Positions 52,584 through 64,000 of a DNA stretch of 64,000 nt are shown here, piece after piece. The notes beneath the pieces are model-generated. The model saw nothing but the letters and a program-made list of their open reading frames with translations. It was not told the origin of the DNA and made no database searches. The translations under genes were made by a program, and so were the position numbers. The stretch is from the human T2T-CHM13v2.0 reference genome, Homo sapiens. How positions within the stretch are numbered: position 1 is the first letter of the stretch; each line of letters opens with the position of its first letter. The stretch lies in NCBI RefSeq assembly GCF_009914755.1, contig NC_060947.1. The stretch is one strand, 5' to 3'.

Positions 52584-53340
52584 GGCCAGGTGCTGTGGCT
52601 CATGCCTGTAATTTCAGCACTTTGGGAAGCTGTGGCTGGCTGATTGCTTGAGCGCAGGAGTTCAAGGCCCTCCTGCGCAAAATGGTGAAACTCAGTCTCT
52701 AAAAAAAAAAAATAAAAAGGCTCGGTGTGGTGACACATCTGTAATCCCAGCCAGCTGTCCCCAATCTTTTTGGCATCAGGTACTGGTTTTTTGAAAGACA
52801 ATTTTTCCACAGACAGGGGTGGGAGCATGAGGGGGTGGGGAATGATTTCAGGATGATTCAAGTGCATTGCATTTACTGTACACTTTATTTCTATTATTAT
52901 TAAATACTTACCTTAATGTAGAATCACTGGAAGCCCTGAGTTTGTTTTCCTGCAAGTAGACAGTCCCATCTGGGGGTTATGGGAGACAGTGACAGATCAT
53001 CAGGCATTAGAATCTTACAAGGAGCCCACAACCCGAATCCCTCGCATGCGCAACTCGCACTCCTAGGAGAATCCAGACAGAGCTCAGGTGGTAACGCCTG
53101 CCTGCCTGCTGCTCACTTCCTGCTGTGTGGCCCAGTTCCAAACAGGTCACAGACTGGTTCCTGCCTATAGCTTGGAGGTTGGGGACCCATGGTCCCAGCT
53201 ACTCTGGGAGGCTGAAGTGGGAGGATCACTTGAGCCTGGGAAGTTGAGGCTGCAGTGAGGTATGATTGTGCCAGTGCACTCCAGCCTGGCTGAGAGAGTG
53301 AGTCTCTGTAAAACAAAACAAACCAAAACAAACCAAAACA
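52584..53340 (+). mobile_element. AluJ split by MER1A
   Basis: Alu stops at ctgtaatcccagc (52751) and resumes gtcccagctactc (53192); (AAAAC)n tail. Confidence 0.9.
52752..53191. mobile_element. MER1A (Charlie3-derived hAT MITE), internally shortened
   Basis: TIRs cagctgtccccaa ... ttggggacccatg; 8-bp TSD (a/g)tcccagc, typical of hAT. Confidence 0.88.
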
Positions 53341-53713
53341 CCCTTTAACTGTGATAAGAACCAAGCGGAAGTAATCCACATCGTTAGCCTTCATGGAGTA
53401 TTACAGCAAACATGGCTTGGAATCACATTCAGCAATGGCCCTAAACAGCAGCAAAACAAAGGCCATCATATGCAGTTCAGTTTATTTTTTGCTAGGTAAT
53501 CTCCAAACATCCTCTATTCTAATCTTTTTAATTCAACCACAAAATATCAATATTAAGAAATCTGTTATGATTCTCTTTCTAATAAAATATAGATTTTCCA
53601 TAAAGATCATGAAAGAAATTATCTGATGAAGACATTAACATATAACACATAAATAAAAATGAGAAGAATGCGTTTGACTTTGTGGTTAAGAGCAAAAATA
53701 ATTGTGTTCAAAA

Positions 53714-53860
53714 ATCTATCTCTATCAATTATCATCTATTTATCTCTATCAACCTATCTATCTACCATCTAGCTCTATTTATCTCTATCTCTATTCATCT
53801 CAACATATCTCTATATATGAATATGTATGTATCTATGTATCTATCTATCTATGTATCTCT
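53714..53860. repeat. Degenerate (TCTA)n/(TGTA)n microsatellite
   Basis: tctatc/ctatct repeats. Confidence 0.8.
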
Positions 53861-55589
53861 GTGTTTTGGTATAATCATGTTTTTCCACGATTTACATTGG
53901 TTATCATTAGTTTGGGAAATCAGCATAATAAAGTTGCCTTTTATGTTATTTCATTTAACATCCTTAGTGATAAACATTGGTGAAATTAACCAGCAGTGAC
54001 AACCACAGGGTTTCCCATATTAAAAAAATATATATTTATGAGGATATTCTTAAATCAGTTACTGATTGAGAGACCTTATGCTTCATACAAAGAGAAATAA
54101 TTCATTTTCTTTTCTTATCAACCAGGAAGAGATCCGAAAAGCCTGAAAAATGCTGAAGTTCTAAACCAGGCTTTAGACTGTTTATCCCAACCTCTCTGCA
54201 AATAGCTATAAGAGCTATTTATAGCCTATTTACACATCGTTGAGCTAATTGGGAGAAATATTTAACTGTCGATTTTTGTAAAAAACTCAGATGACCACTC
54301 AGGTTCTATGAGCACTCACTCTGTAACAAAATAATAGTCAAGCAGGCATTAATTCCCCAACGGTGCTAGAGCTGCCATCTGAAGTAGCCATCATGCTGTA
54401 CTCAGCAGAAATTATCCCTGAGCACTGAGCATTCTGTCAGTATTCCCAGTTCTGAGAACCTGAGCAGATAGTGACTATTTTCTCACCAACAGCTTGAGCA
54501 GGAGCAGATAAGATGTTTTCCAACCACAGGGACAGATACTGTTTGCACATACACTGCAAAAGAGATTCTTCCTCTATCTAATTGGTAAAATCTGAGCATG
54601 ACCCAGAATTAATATAGACCTAGAAAGCCATTATTAAAATCCAATATGTATCCATTATGTGATTTTTAAAAAAATATATACTTTATAAAATTAGTAAAAC
54701 CCTTAGAATTTCTGTATTTTCATTTTCAAAAAATAAAAATCTAAAATTTTTCTAATTTTTTAAAAAATTTTACTATTTGTAGGGGAAAATTACCATATTT
54801 TCAAGAAAGAATTAATCCAAACATCAGACTAAATGTGGAACACTCAAAAGAAAAACAGACTACAAAAATAGTCAATGTAAATGGTAGCTTTAATAGTTTT
54901 ATTAGATTATCACTTAGATTTATTCTTTATCACATTTATCATTTAGAAAGACTTGCATTGGATGTGACTTTATAAAATTTCACTATAAAATATCTGTTAT
55001 ATGTCATTACTTCCAGATTCATGGAGCATGTTGAAAAATTACTTAATATGGTCACACTTATTTATACATCAAAATCCTTATATCTAAAAAATAATTCCAA
55101 GGAGGTTTTTCTTTTACCTCTGTTCATGTTTATTCAGGAAAATGTTATAAGTCCATTTTGGTAAGCTATAGGGGAAGTTTCAAGTTTCATCATATACTCT
55201 TGTGAATTATTTATAAGGTCTTCCTCAAGAATATTCCACTTCAGTTAAAAGGCTCTGCATCTGTGGTTGGCAATGAGCCTGGACATTGGGTAAGAAATTG
55301 AGATTCTCCATTATATTGTCTTAAGTTTTTGCCAAGCAGATACAGAAATTTTCTGCCTCTCTCAAGCAGAATCTTTCCAGCTGTCTATCTATTGCTTTTT
55401 CTATGATCTAATGATCAATAAACCATGGTTACAGATTCTCAAACTCAACAAACCCTCATATTCCATCCTGTAATGTAGTTTATTCATTGTCTCAGGTGGT
55501 TAAGTGCCATCTAGACATGGCTTACCCAAGATCCTTTGTCTCACATTGAATTAAGGGATTACTGAGTATGGCTGTGGTCTTTCCTAAAA

Positions 55590-57960
55590 TGTGTTCAGCG
55601 CAAAACCTAGAATAATAACACTATTTTAAAATGACAAAATTATGTATGAAGTTAAAGTTCAAGGATATTTATAGAAATGGACTACAACAGGACTACACAA
55701 ATCCCCAAGGCAAAAAGGAAATTCCACAATGTCTTGCATTCAATCACAATTTGTAAGGCATGCAAAAAACAAAAAGCAAAATAAAGACAATAATGAGATA
55801 AATTGATTAATCAAAACGTCAGCCAGAATGGACCCAGAGGACAGAAATAGCAAAGACTGTAAAACAGTTCTTATTACAGTATTCCAAATGTTTAAAAAGT
55901 TCATTAGAGAATACAGTATATAAATAAGCACAAATTTATCTCCTGGAGAGGAAAACTACAATGTGTGACATAATATAACCCTGCATGGATCAATAACAGG
56001 TTAGGACATTTTAGATAAAATAATTAGTGAATAGGAAGAAATAGCAATAAAGACTATGAATAAATTAGTGACCAAATGAATGACTAAATGAAGTACAAAA
56101 AGAAAAGAACAATTTTTACATGAACAGAAAATGAGGGCTGCCTTATACAAGTGTAATTCAAGTCTCAAAAAAATAGGTACAGAAAAAAAGTATTTTTAAA
56201 TAATGGCTGAAAAACTTTTATATTTGATTAGGAATATGAACAAGCAATTCCAAGAAGCTCAATGGATTCCAAATCAAGACACATGAAGGAAGCTACATAA
56301 ACACAAACACACATCAAAATTTCTCAAAAAAAAGACAAAAATAAAATTATAAGAACAGCCAGAATATTTTTTTTTAAAAGAAAACCAAAAGTACAGCGAG
56401 AACATCTTAAAATTTCTCACTGGAAACAATTCAAGTGAGTAGGCAGTGCAGAAATATATTTGAACTACTGAAACAAATTTTTAAAAATTGCCTACCTAGA
56501 AATCTATACCAAGCAACAATATCTTTCAAAACAAAGATGAAATAAATTTTTTTCTGACACAAAAATCTGAAAGAGTTCATCACTAGCAGACCCGCAGTAC
56601 AAGAAATTTTAGGTAGATAGGAAATTATACTAGATGGAAATATGTATCTAATAAAAGACATAAAGAGCTAAAATGATAACAACATGGGTAAATAAATGTC
56701 TAAAATTTTTTCTTATTATTTCAAAAAATAACAATGCACTATAGGATTTATTGCATATGTATAAGTACAATGCATGGTAACAATGGCAAAAAATCAGAAG
56801 AGAAGGAATGGATGTTATCTATTCTAAGATCCTTATACTATTCATGTAATGCTATAATATCTCTTGAAGGTAAATTGTGACAGGCTTTAGATTCACTATA
56901 AACCCTAAAGCAATAACTAATATAATGTAAAGCATTATACTAATATACCAAAAAATGAAATACAATGGAATCATAAACTATATTCTGCTAATCCCAAAGA
57001 ATGAAGAAAATGAGGAAGAACTGAAGAAAGAACAGATGGACAAATAAAAAATAAATATATAGAGAATGAATTTATTCTTAATCACATTAAATGTGAATGG
57101 TTTAAATATGTCCATCAAAAACAGAGATTTTCAGAATATGTACAGAGCAAGGACCTAATTTTATTCTATTTACAACAAACACATTTCAAATAGAAAAAGA
57201 TTGAAAGCAAAGTGATGAAAAATATATAATATGCCTACATTAATCAAAACTGTCTGAAATGTCTATATCGATATCAGACAAAAGAGATTTTAGAACAGAG
57301 AATATTACCATGAATAAAGGTAATTTCAAGATAATAAAGGAGTCAATTTATCCAGAGGACATAGGAATTCTAAACATTTGTACATCTAATAATAGAACTT
57401 CAAAATATGTGAAGCATAATTATAGGGTTGCAGGGAGTCAGAGATTTTAATAGTCCTCTTTAATGGTTGATAAAATAATGAGACAGAAAATCAATAAACA
57501 CATAAGAGGTTTGAACACCGTTGGAGCCACTGTCACATGTTTTTAGTTTACTGTTATGACAAAGCCCCATTTTAAAAACAGATTTATTGAGGTATAATTG
57601 ACATACACTAAACTGCACACATTTAAAGCACATAATTTGATAAGTTTTTATGATTATATACAACCAGGAAACCATCATCACAATCAAGAGACTTAACATA
57701 TAACTATCCTCTAAAGATTTCTCAAGTCCCTTTCTAATACCTCTCTTTTGCCCCACTCACCTCTTCTAAATTACTCTTGAATCAAAAAGGCAACTTCATC
57801 AGAAAACAGAATATGTTTCAGACTGATCATTAAATCTCTGTAAGTAATAATTAAAATACTATTCATTTTTTTGGAATGCAAGTAAAGAAGTGCTTTAAAG
57901 TACATTTATAATTCTATATGGTCTTATTAAAATTTTTGTTATTTTCATCTTAAAAAGATA
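55590..57960 (+). mobile_element. Ancient L1M (ORF1, inter-ORF and EN remnants) with a nested antisense L1 3' end at ~57570-57770
   Basis: caagaagctcaatggattccaa, catcactagcagacccgcagtacaagaaat, and EN remnant ISDKRDFRTENITMNKGNFKIIKESIYPEDIGILNICTSNNRTSKYVK. Confidence 0.8.
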
Positions 57961-59467
57961 GTCAAATAAAATCAAATACAACTGTTTTTTATTTGTGAAG
58001 GAATAAACTAATGAGGAGAATAGAGAAAATTTACTGTTTATCCATTATCCATTGAGTCTCAGCAAAACGTGGCCAGGAAATAAAGATGTATATGGCAGGG
58101 TGTCTGCCAGCTGCACATAATTAAGTGGGAGAATTAAGATAAAATTCCCTAAATACCACAACACACACCCAAATGCACACACACACACACACACAATTTG
58201 CATTCCAGCTATAAAATACTGTTATTCTAAGTTACAGAAAAAGATTCATGTGAGAGACGAGAGTGAACTCTTCACTCAGAATGGACAGACTATACATGCC
58301 TGGAAAGCCATCAAAAGATGAAAAAGCAAGTTAGCAAAAACATCTGAGTAAACCAGGAAGGAAGGAATTTTGGCAGCATGAACTTCTTCGATTCCTGGTA
58401 ATTGTATTCCACTCAAGCAGCTGTCCTAGGTTGTATGTTTTTATTATTATTGGACATCGAAAAATACTTAAAGATACGTTATCAACTTCCCTAATTTCCA
58501 GATCAACAGACTGTAACATATTATGAAGTATAATATATAGTAAATAAAATCTAGCGATAAAAGGCACAACTTATTTTTAAGATAAATTTATAGCTGGAAA
58601 GTAATTAAATCTGTTTTTAAAAAGAACTACATGCAATTTCAGCGTTGGAATCTGCTTCTTAATGGAACTCTCCATAAAATATGTAAAGCACCTAAGAATT
58701 GTATCTTATTTTTAAATTTAGCTTTGTGTATTCTTTAGATGCCTAAGAATGCTTACAAATAATCAATATATTTCATCTCTACATATCCAATATAACAATA
58801 CTAGTATGAATTATTTATATTGCATCACATTTTCTGTTTAACTGTTAAGATATTATTCATATATTCCCACAAAAACCTGAGACCTCACTAAAATGCTTTA
58901 AAGATAACCATGGAACATAAATAAACTTCCCATTTTATCTTGTATGTCTCTTTTTCCCCTAATCTCTAGGTACTGAGTAATGCTCTTTCATCTAGATATT
59001 CAAGCTTTATCAGGCTGAATTGTGCTGATAACACAATTGACTTTGGTAATCCCGTTTGTTATTGGTCTGAGGCAGGCAGTGATTTGGTTCCGAATCTTGA
59101 AGATTTTCATCCTTTAAAGTCACAGACTGGTGGCCATGTCCACAAATCCTTTTCTGTCGGAATAATTCTATTCACAGAGAACTTTGAGCGTGAAAAGCCC
59201 GACTGCATATTTGTAACCTATTTCTTCAGGCATTTTTATTTTTACAGCTGCAGCTTCATTCCAACTATCCAAAATGAACTTCATTACTATTTCCCAGGTT
59301 ATAAATAGATCCTTAATTTTTCCTGATCATTTTTCTTAAGTTGCACATTTTGGAAGTGCAACTTAAGAAAATCTTATGGAAGATTTCAGTAATAACTGTG
59401 ACTAGTGAGAAATAATGCAGAAAGATGATTCAATATGAAAAAAGGAAGAAAACAGTAAGGGATATAA

Positions 59468-60010
<543 letters not shown>

Positions 60011-60259
60011 AAAGGGTAAAAAAATTCATACAATACTCATAGCCGTGCAATCAACGGTTAAGTAAATCCCTCAAAGCCCCAAACACTGCCATCCAGCTCC
60101 CACAGGTAAATGCTATTAAAGAGTTCTCATCACCCTTCTGAGAGTATTTATAAATGAGCATACCTTGCATTTGTGTTAGCGAGATGAATTCTGCAATGCA
60201 CAATGAGGTGGTGAGTTGCTGTACTCCGGCCGAGTGAGACATTCAAAGGGTTGAGATAA

Positions 60260-60769
60260 AGTAGTCTACTCTTACTGTGTTTTTATTTTCCACAGTTTCA
60301 GTTACCTGCGGTCAACCACAGTCTGAAAAAAATAAATGGAAAATTCCAGAAATAAACAATGCATAATTATTAAATTGTGCACCATTCTGAGTAATGTGAA
60401 GAAGTCTTGTGCCATCCTGCTCCATCCTGCCCAGGATGTGAATACCCAGAGTACCTCGCTGTAGATGCTACCTGCCCATTAGTCACTTAGTAGCCCTCTG
60501 GCAGTGCTTGTGTGCAAGTCCCCTTTATTTTTCTTAATAATGGCTACAAAGCGCAAGAGTAGTGATGCTGGCATATTGTTAGAATGTTCTGCTTTATTAT
60601 TAGGTGTTGTTGTTAATCTCTTACTGTGCCTAATGTATCAATTAGACTTTACCATGGGTGTGTATGTATAGGAAAAATCACTGTAGATATGATTTGGTGC
60701 TATCTGCAGATTAAGACATTCACTGGGGTCTTGGAGCTTATCATCCGTGGATAAGGGGGAACGACGGTG
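60260..60769. mobile_element. MER44B/Tigger7-type DNA transposon
   Basis: gtttcagttacctgcggtcaaccacagtctgaaaa..ggaaaattccagaaataaacaat ... ggataaggggga. Confidence 0.85.
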
Positions 60770-60788
60770 CTGATTATGCTCTTATGCT

Positions 60789-61505
60789 TGTCAAAGGAAA
60801 AGAAATCTCAGTACTCCAAAATCACCAAGCCAAACAGAAAAGTCAACCTGGGAGCTAAACCTGTCTCCTATTTTATTCCCAAATAAGGTAGCTATAACAC
60901 AAAGATAAAAAAGCTACATGCTTCCCTCACAATTTGCCCACAGCAAAATTCCTTGTGGGCCTCAAGATCTTTACCCTAAAACAGTTCTGTTGAATTTCAT
61001 CCTGGCAATGTAAATTGGGAGTTTATCTTCACAGGTATAGGACAAAGGACAGAACTCAAAATCATCCCTCTGCTCACCTGAGACAAATGTGTATCTGATT
61101 GCTTCCTCTGCCCTACTATTGATGTAAAAATGCAGATTCACTGAACCAGACTAAGGCAGAAGTAAGTATTCCTTTACCCCTGTCTCACATGTAAATTGTG
61201 TATTCAGTGAAAGGCTAATCAGAGACTCAAAAAAATGCAACCAGGTGTCTCTTATCTACCTATGACCTGGAAGCACCCTCCCTGCTTTGAGTTGTCCCAC
61301 CTTCCCAGACTGAATTAATGTACATCTTACACGTATTGAGTGATGTCTCATGTCTCCTTAAAATGTATGAAATGAAACTGTGCCCAACCGGCTTGGGTAC
61401 ACGTTGTCAGGACCTCCTAAGGCTGTGTCTCGGGTACGTCCTTAACCTTGGCAAAATAAACTTTCTAAGTTGATTGAGATCTGTCTCACATACTTTTCGT
61501 TCACA
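60789..61505 (+). mobile_element. MER4-family ERV1 solo LTR
   Basis: tgtcaaaggaaaagaaatct start; tcaggacctcctaaggctgtgtc..ccttggcaaaataaactttctaa..ttcaca end. Confidence 0.88.
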
Positions 61506-61593
61506 CACTTCTTTTTCTCCTTCAGTCCTTTGCAGCTATTCTTTAGTAAGTCTTGTGCCATATGCATGGGCTACCTCAGCCAACATTGTAGAC

Positions 61594-61938
61594 ATGGAAA
61601 GAATACTCTCCCAAATTTTGAACCACCTGCTTGCAAAGTTGCCTCCTCTGGATTTCCTGACCCACAGATTCCAGCCAGTTGAGGCTCTAAGAAATCTGAT
61701 CAATGCCTCCTCGGCTCAGAAGAACCACCTTGGCCTTTTTTGCTGCCAATTCACCAGCCAAGAAGTTATACTCAGTTGGAAGCAAGATGTGTCCCATGAA
61801 TACACTCTGTTCTTGGAGACTACGGTCTTGCACTGCCTATGGGCCACTGTCAAAATCAGGTACCTTGTATATCTGTTCAACTTTATGGTTGTTTATAGCA
61901 GAGGGTCACTCCATTGGAATTGGAAACAGACGTCCTAG
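61594..61938 (+). other. Candidate 114-aa non-repeat ORF (unvalidated; possible de novo ORF or lncRNA exon)
   Basis: gacATGg Kozak context, open frame to TAG 61938, AATAAA at 61971; no recognisable protein family. Confidence 0.15.
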
Positions 61939-62254
61939 CCGACTTTGTGCACTCAATTTTAAAAGGAGTGAATAAAGAGTGTGAAACTTCTCTTTCCAGA
62001 AATATTGTAGATGAGTTACTTCATGCAAACATGCTGATTAGAAATGCCTAAAATATTGCATACAACATTTAAAAGATAAACTGATAATGCATGTCTAATA
62101 AGATGAAAATGTCAGAGAAATCTGAGAAGCAGAAAAACCAGCAAGTACAAATGTAAATAAGAATACACAGGAAGGATGCTTAAAGCATTTGTTACTTTCA
62201 TTCATTGAAGGCTGAGCAATCTCCAGACACCAATCCAAGGAACAATATTTGTTA

Positions 62255-62422
62255 TGTGTTTTTGTTTGTTTGTTTTAGTTTTTTGAGACAAGATCTCGCT
62301 CCATCATCCAGGATGGGGTACAGTGGTGTGAACACGGCTCACTGCAGGCTCGATCTCCTGGACTCAAGCGATTCTCCTGCCTCAGCCTCCCAAAGTGCTG
62401 GGATTACAGATGTGAGCCACTG
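62255..62422 (-). mobile_element. Recombinant Alu monomer (right-arm 3' end fused to left-arm 5' end)
   Basis: ..ctcctgcctcagcctcc|caaagtgctgggattacagatgtgagccac; TSD-like tgtgttttt. Confidence 0.8.
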
Positions 62423-62810
62423 CTGTGTGTTTTTTGATGCAGTTATACTGCACATAAAATTTCATCATACTCATATCCTCATTGTTCACCTAGTAATAAC
62501 TTAGTTGTCTGAGTTCCAGTGTCTTTTAAAAGTGTCTTTTAAAAAACTTCTATACCCAAGTCCAGTTTCAACAGAAAATAATATCGTGGTCTACAATTTT
62601 ATGTTCTTGGTATGGGACAGATATATTGTAATTTCATTTATCTTAATCACTTTGTTGAAATGTATTCTTTACTCAACATATAGTTTTTTATTGTTTTCTT
62701 TGTTTTGTATTGTTTTGTTTGATCTCAAAGTAAAATTCTTGTTCTTATAAAATCATGGCTCAATGCCACCAACGGCCAGGTAATGTTTGGAAGTTTGCAT
62801 TGTCCTGTGA

Positions 62811-62871
62811 ACCACCTGCCTCGGCCTCCCGAAGTGCTGTGATTGCAGGTGTGAGCCACCGTGCCCGGCCA
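62811..62871 (-). mobile_element. Short Alu 5' fragment
   Basis: ccacctgcctcggcctcccgaagtgctgtgattgcaggtgtgagccaccgtgcccggcc. Confidence 0.85.
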
Positions 62872-64000
62872 ATATTCTTCATTATAAATCCTAGCTCCAT
62901 GTAATTTTGTCATTTCAATCAATTTATTAAGAACTTTTTAAATGCCATGTTTTTAGGACATAATGATTAGTTATATAAAAATGTTTTCTGAAGTCTTCTA
63001 TTTTTAGGCAACTTGAAGGAAACCATGATGAACAGATTTCTGTCTTTCTAAAGAGATCTAAAAATATTTAAAACGCTACTGATGTTACTTTATGGAGCAT
63101 ATCAAACTTATTTGGCCGTGACACTTTCTTTTTCTTTAATCATTCCGAAATATTTATAAAAGAGCTATTAGCAGAGGACACAATTAATGCTGATGCCAAA
63201 ATAATACACTCTATATTTCTAAAAAATTAAATCCTTATTTGACTTTTGCTTTTTAGCAGTGGCATCATTAGACCTTAGAAACACGAATATGATATGACAG
63301 CCCTTTCTGCAGCTGCAGGCAAACCCCTTAAACTTTTCTGAGACCACAGACGTAATTATTGTTCATCCTCAATCTCATTTTCCCTAGACTTAGCAATGTT
63401 CCTGTTCCTATAATTTTCAGTGAGGTGTTATTTTCTAATTTCCTAATCTGAAAGAATGTAATGGCTTGTGCTTGATGTCAGTTTTCTATTCAACATCAAA
63501 GTTCAACTCAAGGCCAAGTTCCATTCTATCAAGGACTCTTTCAGCATGCTTCTTTTTCTCCTTGGCAAATGGCTCACCATTTCATTGCTGTCTCTAGCAC
63601 CTCCCTTCACACAGAAGATAATCACCTGCAAAGTCTATAATTTCCAGGCTGACTCTTTAGAGCAAAGATGGGGATCAGTTAAGTGAAACATCTAAGAGCG
63701 AATGAACTCAAAGGAAAGGATCTTTAGAAAATTCCATCCATGTTGTGGTTGTTAATTAACCATTGATCACCCATCAAGTGCCTGGATGCATATCATTTCA
63801 GATAATTTCTACTCTGCAGGAAGGAACCTTAAATTGTTACTTTTGAAAGTAGAACAAATGTTTTTGTTCTTATAATTTGGTCAGATATTTCTGTAACACA
63901 TGCTGAGTAGAGAGGAAAGAGCAGGTGGCATTGTTTAGAAAGAGCTGATCAGGGATTAAGTGCTGCAAGGTTACAGTCAGAGCTTTTCATGTGCTGTCCA

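Noticed and set aside
56880-57520. Similarity to positions 1-604
   Set aside because: Both are the same homologous part of independent ancient L1M copies, not a segmental duplication

Overview
This is AT-rich, CpG-depleted primate (human-like) genomic DNA, intergenic or deep intronic. I can support no protein-coding gene, tRNA, rRNA or CRISPR array, and no novel multi-gene system. The window is a mosaic of interspersed repeats: about 20 Alu/FLAM/FRAM copies (J, S and Y types), about 15 solitary ERV1/MaLR LTRs (many with intact 4-5 bp target-site duplications, TSDs), old L1M/L1PA/L2/MIR fragments, and DNA-transposon MITEs (MER5, MER20, MER1A, Tigger2a, MER44, two MADE1). It also holds three long homopurine/homopyrimidine tracts, which explain most of the long ORFs in the track. 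Points worth a second look: a dense solo-LTR cluster at 2.3-12.4 kb; an LTR9 with an Oct/Sox/KLF/CRE motif set; a CpG-rich LTR nested in an AluJ; a MER1A nested in an AluJ; an inverted Alu pair only 17 bp apart; two miR-548-type MADE1 hairpins; several template-switch-like palindromes; a diverged ~220-bp local duplication; a trimeric Alu; and a 114-aa non-repeat ORF with Kozak context and a polyA signal just downstream of a MER4 LTR. Repeat subfamily names come from recalled consensus sequences and need RepeatMasker/Dfam confirmation. Boundaries without a TSD are approximate.
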